Positions 7,187 through 12,951 of a stretch of 12,951 nt of DNA are shown piece by piece. Origin of the DNA: Bdellovibrionota bacterium (GTDB taxonomy: Bacteria > Bdellovibrionota_C > UBA2361 > CAKMMH01); NCBI GenBank assembly GCA_050952645.1, contig JBMNLI010000001.1:1-12951 (forward strand), given 5' to 3'. The notes under the pieces are model-generated. The model saw only the letters and a program-made list of their open reading frames with translations, did no database searches and was not told the origin of the DNA. The position numbers were made by a program, and so were the translations under genes. Each line of letters begins with the position of its first letter. The first letter of the stretch is position 1.

Positions 7187-8344
7187 ATGTCAAATAGAGC
7201 TGGAAGTTATAGAACAAATCTGCATGGAGAAATGACGTATAAGTCTTTTTTACCTACTCCACTTTCGTCTAATTTAGAAATAAACATAGACGAAGATATG
7301 CTGAAAATTCTTATCGACGCAAATAAATACATAACGAAATTAGAAGTTCTATCGAACAATATTCCTAATATGGATTTATTTATCGCTATGTATGTAAGAA
7401 AAGAAGCTTTGCTATCTTCTCAAATTGAAGGCACTCAAGCTACACTTGAAGATATTTTTAATTATGAAAATAAAAAGAACATAGATAGAAATGTAGAAGA
7501 AGTGGTAAATTATATACAAGCCACTAAATACGCAATAAATAGACTTGAAACTTTACCTATCTGCAACAAGCTGTTAAAAGAAACACATTCAATTCTTATG
7601 ACCAATGTAAGAGGACAAGAAAAATCACCTGGCGAGTTTAGACGTTCGCAAAATTGGATTGGCACTAAAGATTCGACTATTAGAAATGCAAGGTTTATTC
7701 CCCCTTGCCCTGAAGATATGGAAAATGCTATGTCGGATTTAGAAAAATATATAAATAGCGACAAGGGGTACCAAGATAATATCGATCCACTTATAAAAGC
7801 CTCACTAATACATTACCAATTTGAAACCATTCATCCATTTCTTGACGGCAATGGAAGAATAGGAAGACTTCTAATTACATTATTTCTTATTAAAGAAAAC
7901 ATTCTCACTACTCCTTCACTTTATATATCATATTTTCTTAAAAAAAATAATATTGAATATTACGATAGGATGTCGGAGGTAAGAAAAAAAGGAAATTACG
8001 AACAATGGATAAAATTTTTTCTCGTTGCACTTTCTGAATCCGCAAAAGATGCTATTGAAACTACTAAAACCCTTTCTAATCTTCATGAGAAAAATATAAA
8101 CATAATAAACAATATGGGACGAGTAAAAAATAATGCATTATTTATTTTTAAATATATCGAGGCTAATCCTATTATCAATATAAGCCAAACCTCTAAAGCT
8201 CTAAATCTTACTTTTAACACGGTATCGAAAATAGTAAAAAAATTTATAGATGAAAAAATTCTTTTTAAGGTAGCGAGTAATAAAAGAAATAGGACATTTA
8301 TATATGGTGATTATCTAGATATTCTACGCACTGGCACTTTATAA
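7187..8344 (+). CDS. Fic family protein (class II; N-terminal inhibitory motif, probable C-terminal HTH)
   Basis: Canonical HPFLDGNGRIGR Fic motif, N-terminal SSQIEG inhibitory motif, and HTH-like C-terminus INISQTSKALNLTFNTVSKIVKKF. Confidence 0.95.
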   Translation: MSNRAGSYRTNLHGEMTYKSFLPTPLSSNLEINIDEDMLKILIDANKYITKLEVLSNNIPNMDLFIAMYVRKEALLSSQIEGTQATLEDIFNYENKKNIDRNVEEVVNYIQATKYAINRLETLPICNKLLKETHSILMTNVRGQEKSPGEFRRSQNWIGTKDSTIRNARFIPPCPEDMENAMSDLEKYINSDKGYQDNIDPLIKASLIHYQFETIHPFLDGNGRIGRLLITLFLIKENILTTPSLYISYFLKKNNIEYYDRMSEVRKKGNYEQWIKFFLVALSESAKDAIETTKTLSNLHEKNINIINNMGRVKNNALFIFKYIEANPIINISQTSKALNLTFNTVSKIVKKFIDEKILFKVASNKRNRTFIYGDYLDILRTGTL

Positions 8345-8358
8345 AACTATATCAATCT

Positions 8359-8472
8359 CTAATAATCCTTTTTTAAGGCATCTTCACAATTATAAATATT
8401 ACTTTTAGTATCTGCTGTAATACTAGCTAGAATACTACTAGCCATATCGTCCGTATTATCTTTTTTATATCC
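8359..8472 (-). pseudogene. Remnant paralogous to the C-terminus of the adjacent large gene
   Basis: Translates GYKKDNTDDMASSILASITADTKSNIYNCEDALKKDY*. Ungapped 11/26 identity to YRDKNGNVLADDILANDVLATKSNLY (8604-8681). Confidence 0.6.
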
Positions 8473-8479
8473 CTATTTT

Positions 8480-8509
8480 TTATATCTTTAATTATTATAT
8501 CTTTAATTA
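8480..8509. repeat. Perfect 15-bp tandem duplication
   Basis: TTATATCTTTAATTA at 8480-8494 and 8495-8509. Confidence 0.8.
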
Positions 8510-8522
8510 ACAAAGAGTTTTT

Positions 8523-10200
8523 CTAAAAATTTTGAAAATTTAAAAGGCTATCACTCTCTTTGCTCATTAGCGTGTAAGTTTCAGAGTTATCGAGTAGCTT
8601 TACATAAAGATTGCTTTTAGTCGCTAATACATCATTAGCTAAAATATCATCTGCTAAAACATTACCGTTTTTATCTCGGTATGAAACCTCATAAATATTC
8701 CCAGCAGGGGAGCTTATTATATCGATTGGAGTTTCTATATTAGGAATATTTACTAAGCTTTCTCTCGTTGTATAATCCATCGAGAATCCTAAAATGAGCC
8801 AGCGTTTTTTTCCTCTTTCTTTTCTAACGATACCTAGTGGAGTAAGTTCATCTTTCATAATAAAATATTTACTAAACAAATTACTACAATCTTTCAAACA
8901 CATTTTATCGAAACCGTACTCCTCAGTCATTAAGGCACATTTACTAAAATTAATCCCTTTACAATTATTTTCAAAAGAAAATTGCACGATATCGCTATCA
9001 TCTATAAATTTAGATAAATATCCAAACTCTGCATGGACTCTTGAAACTGCTTTAGTATCCTTTACAGTGTCTGGCAAATGCAAAAGCGTATACTTAGTGC
9101 TAGCATCATCGTGGTAATACAAAACGATGCTCTTAGTTCCAAGCATATATCTTAATTTTAACAGTCCATACATAGCACCGAATTGGTGCAATACTATTCC
9201 GTGCTTTTTATACGATGTATTAAAATATTGAATATACGGTTTGTCATCATCTACGTATAATTTATTTATTACAGGTTTTAAATAGTGATGATTTCTATAC
9301 GCTTTACTTAAGTACATATTAGACGGCTCATAATCGTAAGCTTGATGTGTAATTTCTGCAAAGAGAGTATTTCCTACCGCTAAACCATCTTTACTTCCAT
9401 AAGATTGAGATTGAGTATAGTAAGCGTATGGCACGCTGAAAGCTTCATTAAATGCATCTGTAAACATCTTATGTTGCATTCTATATTTTTTTGATAGATA
9501 CATTAAAAAATTTTTAGAAGCTTCTTCTTTAAAATTTTTATTTAAAGTTTCTTTATTATCACAACACACTTTTCCTAATGTGGTATCAGAACAATTAGCA
9601 GAGTATCTATCTTTACATTGCTCATTTAAATTTATTATATAATCATTATAAACCGATGGCGTATTCATAAAGGCTTCGCCACCATCGACTATGCCTGCAA
9701 TCTTTGCATCTCCTATAATCTTTTTAACTTCGTTAATTTGAAAAATTTCAAAGTCTATTATATCTTGAATAATCTCTTGTGGCGTCTCTGGGCTCCATCT
9801 CCATAATTTTTTGCACCTATAAGTTTCGCTCTCATCTGTATTTATACTATTTTGCTTTCTTTCTAATTCTTTACAAGTATTCTCATCATAATAATCTTTA
9901 GAGTTTTCGCATTGAAGACGCTCTTTATATTTTACTAGTTTATAATCGTTCGACTCTAAGAACGTTCTACGTAATTGATATTCTTTATTTATAAGTCCGA
10001 TTTTTAGTTTTTTAAAATCTATTGCATCAAAAGTAGTTTTGTAGAGCCTTTTGAAATACTCGGTAGCGCACAAACTTTGAAGTCTTTCTATAACGGGTAT
10101 GAAATTATATCCAATAGAATCAAACTTACTAGAAATGGCAGTATCGTATAGTGGTTTAATAGCATTTTTATAAAAATCTTCATAAATAGTATCTTTATAT
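8523..10200 (-). pseudogene. 3' part of a large hypothetical gene disrupted by IS1634
   Basis: The frame of ORF 8523..10073 stays open up to the IS boundary (YKDTIYEDFYKNAIKPLYDTAISSKFDSIGYNFIPVIERLQSLCATEY) and joins the 5' part in frame once the IS is removed. Confidence 0.88.
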
Positions 10201-10284
10201 CCTTAACTTTTCAAAAAAGTTCACCTAAACAAATAATCAATTAAAATAAATAAGAAATAATCGTTAAATTATGCATTTTTTTAC

Positions 10285-10341
10285 TTGCATCTGTGTATTT
10301 ACTATGCTATACTTTTAGTGCAACCGTTAACCTAAAGGAGG
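10285..10341 (+). promoter_or_regulatory. Transposase promoter and RBS
   Basis: TTGCAT (10285-10290), 17 nt, TATACT (10308-10313) with extended -10 TG at 10305-10306. AAAGGAGG at 10334-10341. Confidence 0.7.
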
Positions 10342-10345
10342 TTTT

Positions 10346-12034
10346 ATGAATTACAATCGAACAGTTCCATTACCAGAGCAAAGAAATAAAATAATTATAA
10401 GAGAAAAAGGGGAAGCAAAATATGTGCTTTTTGAATACGATCGCACTTATAATAAAGAGAAACAGTATACTAATCCAAAGCGTAGCGTTATTGGAAAATT
10501 AGTTGATGGTAGAGATGATATTATGTACCCTAATGACAATTATAGTAATTATTTTCCAGATGCCCCTATGCCCGAGAAATTTTCAGACGCTTCACGCAGT
10601 TGTTGTCTTCGTATAGGTCCCCACTTGGTGATTGAAAAAGTAGCAAATGAATTTAATTTGCCTTTTTTACTAAAAAAACATTTTGGTGAACGTAGTGAAC
10701 TTATACTTGATTTAGCGAGTTATTTTATTGTAAATGAAGAGAATGTCAGTCAGTATTATCCAGACTACGCCTTTTCTCATCCACTCTTTACAAAAGGTAT
10801 GCGCATCTATAGTGATTCTACCATAAGTCGTTTTCTTTCTTCTGTTAGCAAAGAGCAGATAATTAACTTTCTTGACGATTGGAACAAGGGAAAAGATCGC
10901 AATCAAATGGTTTACGTTTCATATGATTCGACTAATAAGAACTGTCAAGCAGGTGATGTTGAATTAGTAGAGTTTGGTAAAGCGAAAGACGAAAAAGGAT
11001 TCCCAGTATTTAATTTATCCATTGCCTTTGATCAAACGAATAGAGTTCCGTTATTTTACGAAGAGTATCCTGGTTCTATTACAGACGTTTCTCAATTTAC
11101 TCATATGGCAGATAAGGTTATAGAGTATGGATATAAAAAGATAGGATTTATTTTAGACCGTGGTTATTTTAGTAAATATAATATTCAATATATGGATAAT
11201 AGTGGTTTTTCTTTTTTATTGATGGTAAAAGGGTGTAAGGCTTTAGTTTCTAAATTAGTAGAAGAAAACAGGAATACATTTGAGTCTAAAAGAGACTGTA
11301 GTATTCGCTTATACAAGGTATATGGCACTACAGTGAAATCAAAATTATATGATGATGATAGTAAGGAGCGTTATTTTCATGTTTATTTTAGTGCGGAAAA
11401 GCAAGCATTTGAGAGGGAGCAACTAGAAATTAAATTAGAGGAGTTTGAACAATTTTTAAAAAACCATATTGGCAAAGATACAAAGTTTGGACAAACGTAT
11501 AAGCAATTTTTTGATTTAAGTTATGACAATCAAGGAAAGTTAAGAAAAGTAGAAGAGAGAGCAGATGAAATTCAAAAGGCTCTTAATTTATGTGGGTATT
11601 TTTGTCTTGTTAGTTCGGAAGAAATGAGTGCTAAAGAAGCTATAATACTTTACAAGGGTAGAGACGCAACTGAGAAACTTTTTGCTATTGATAAGACTTT
11701 TTTAGGCTCAAAAAGTATGAGAGTTCATTCATCTCAGGCAGTATCTGCTAAAATTTTTATAGAGTTTATAGCACTTATAATTCGCAATCGCATTTATATT
11801 CTACTTAATGAAGAACTTTCTAAGCTAACAAAAAAGCCAAACTATATGAATGTTCCTGCCGCATTAAAAGAACTTGAAAAAATTGAAATGGTAAGAGGGA
11901 GTAAGGATTTATATCAGCTGAGCTATGCAGTAAGCAAAAGACAAAAAACTATATTAAATGCGTTTGATATAGATGCTGATAAGGTAAGATTAAAAGCTGC
12001 TCAAATAAATAAAAAATTACAAAAAAAATTTTAG
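10346..12034 (+). CDS. IS1634-family DDE transposase (562 aa)
   Basis: Motifs SYDSTN, GKAKD, ILDRGYFS and YKGRDATEKLF give a D-D-E triad. Length and 5-bp TSD fit IS1634. The stop codon lies inside the right TIR. Confidence 0.9.
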   Translation: MNYNRTVPLPEQRNKIIIREKGEAKYVLFEYDRTYNKEKQYTNPKRSVIGKLVDGRDDIMYPNDNYSNYFPDAPMPEKFSDASRSCCLRIGPHLVIEKVANEFNLPFLLKKHFGERSELILDLASYFIVNEENVSQYYPDYAFSHPLFTKGMRIYSDSTISRFLSSVSKEQIINFLDDWNKGKDRNQMVYVSYDSTNKNCQAGDVELVEFGKAKDEKGFPVFNLSIAFDQTNRVPLFYEEYPGSITDVSQFTHMADKVIEYGYKKIGFILDRGYFSKYNIQYMDNSGFSFLLMVKGCKALVSKLVEENRNTFESKRDCSIRLYKVYGTTVKSKLYDDDSKERYFHVYFSAEKQAFEREQLEIKLEEFEQFLKNHIGKDTKFGQTYKQFFDLSYDNQGKLRKVEERADEIQKALNLCGYFCLVSSEEMSAKEAIILYKGRDATEKLFAIDKTFLGSKSMRVHSSQAVSAKIFIEFIALIIRNRIYILLNEELSKLTKKPNYMNVPAALKELEKIEMVRGSKDLYQLSYAVSKRQKTILNAFDIDADKVRLKAAQINKKLQKKF

Positions 12035-12058
12035 GTGAACTTTTTTGCAAAGTTAAGG

Positions 12059-12950
12059 TATATCTATTAGTATTTTCTAAGTTTAGATGCTCTAATTTTT
12101 CTTTATATTCTTTGTGCGTTAATTTAGTTATATCGGCTATTATAATAGAGCTTAGAAGAGTTCTTAATTCTAAACCAAACGGATAAGGATTATTGTTATA
12201 CAATCTAAAAGAACGCAAAAAATTACCTACTACTAATGAAACTGTATTTTTATGATTTTTAGCGCCATTACAAAAATTATTCTCGAGTGTATCTGCCCTA
12301 TTTATAGAAAATGAAATATTTGCCTTCTTTTTTTTAGCTAGCAAAGCTACCGACACTTGGTAGCTAGGAGATTTGCATAAAAGCGTATCGCCACTTTCAG
12401 TGCAAAAGTTTTTGCTAAACATTTTTATACGTTCCTTAGTTATCTTATCATCGTATGTGCATTTTATATTTGGAATTGCCGTAAGATTTTCTAAATTACT
12501 TAAAGGTTCAATCTTATGCTCTAACTCACAATTTTTATATATATGCATTTCCTCAGGAGTTATATATGGGTCTTTAGCAACAATTATCGCAAAATCATCT
12601 TTATCATAAAAATTATTTAAAAACGGAGCTACAACCCCAACCTCAAAAAAGAACAAACTTTGTCCCCAATCTAACAGCTTGCTTTCTAGCCCTATTCTAT
12701 TTCTATCGGGGCTTCTAATGGAAGGCCCGTTGAAACGCTGCAAATTTAGCAGAGTGCTTTCTTTATTAAATATCGGTTTATATGGGTCTAACGCATATAC
12801 TTTACTAAATGTTTGACCATCTTTTACGACTTTATCCGATGCTGCTTGAAAACTAGGGACTATATAATTTTCTTCTTCTTTAGGTATATCTATTTTTAAA
12901 GCATCAAAATCGTATTTATCCGTTTCATTATTGTAAATATCTAAAAGGGA
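12059..12950 (-). pseudogene. 5' part of the IS-disrupted large hypothetical gene (start outside window)
   Basis: The frame is open from 12950 (SLLDIYNNETDKY...STLLNLQRFNG...) to ...LENTNRY at the IS, then reads into the IS and stops at 11949. Confidence 0.88.
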
Positions 12951-12951
12951 A

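Larger units (their letters stand above)
10201..12058 (+). mobile_element. IS1634-family insertion sequence, 1858 bp, apparently intact
   Basis: 29-bp TIRs CCTTAACTTT(T/G)CAAAAAAGTTCACCTAAA at 10201-10229 and 12030-12058 (1 mismatch). TATAT direct repeat at 10196-10200 and 12059-12063. Single transposase ORF. Confidence 0.95.

Noticed and set aside
2846..8344. Single defence island or prophage uniting the ATP-binding/HTH and Fic genes
   Set aside because: They are separated by unrelated envelope-type genes, with no integrase, att sites or phage genes visible.
8392..8681. DGR template/variable repeat pair at the large gene's C-terminus
   Set aside because: Mismatches involve all four bases and look like codon-level protein divergence; no reverse transcriptase is present.
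8523..10073. Independent 516-aa and 264-aa genes as listed in the track
   Set aside because: Both TTG starts are internal Leu codons of one IS-interrupted reading frame.
1183..12609. Short antisense ORFs (1183-1380, 2266-2511, 2856-3059, 4091-4453, 5375-5608, 6131-6364, 7510-7764, 8794-9117, 10712-10906, 12373-12609)
   Set aside because: They lie wholly or almost wholly opposite longer well-supported genes and have no recognisable motifs; they are typical shadow ORFs.

Overview
AT-rich bacterial chromosomal window. On the + strand: the 3' end of an MlaA/VacJ-like lipoprotein gene, an unknown lipoprotein, and two tandem Nif3/YbgI-family dinuclear metal protein genes (~1.08 kb period). The two Nif3 copies are nearly identical except for four short, strongly diverged blocks that each sit next to a conserved family motif. 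On the - strand: a 566-aa membrane-anchored protein with a Cys-repeat N-tail, then an apparently N-terminally truncated ATP-binding/HTH (COG2865-like) gene. Next come a GT4 glycosyltransferase and a class II Fic protein, the latter preceded by two matching palindromes overlapping a sigma70-like promoter. The right third is one large - strand gene (at least 854 aa, starting beyond the window) split by an intact IS1634-family element (10201-12058, 29-bp TIRs, TATAT target duplication). A diverged remnant of that gene's C-terminus lies just downstream of it. The mosaic Nif3 pair is the best candidate for new biology. Family assignments come from motif recognition only; no searches were run.
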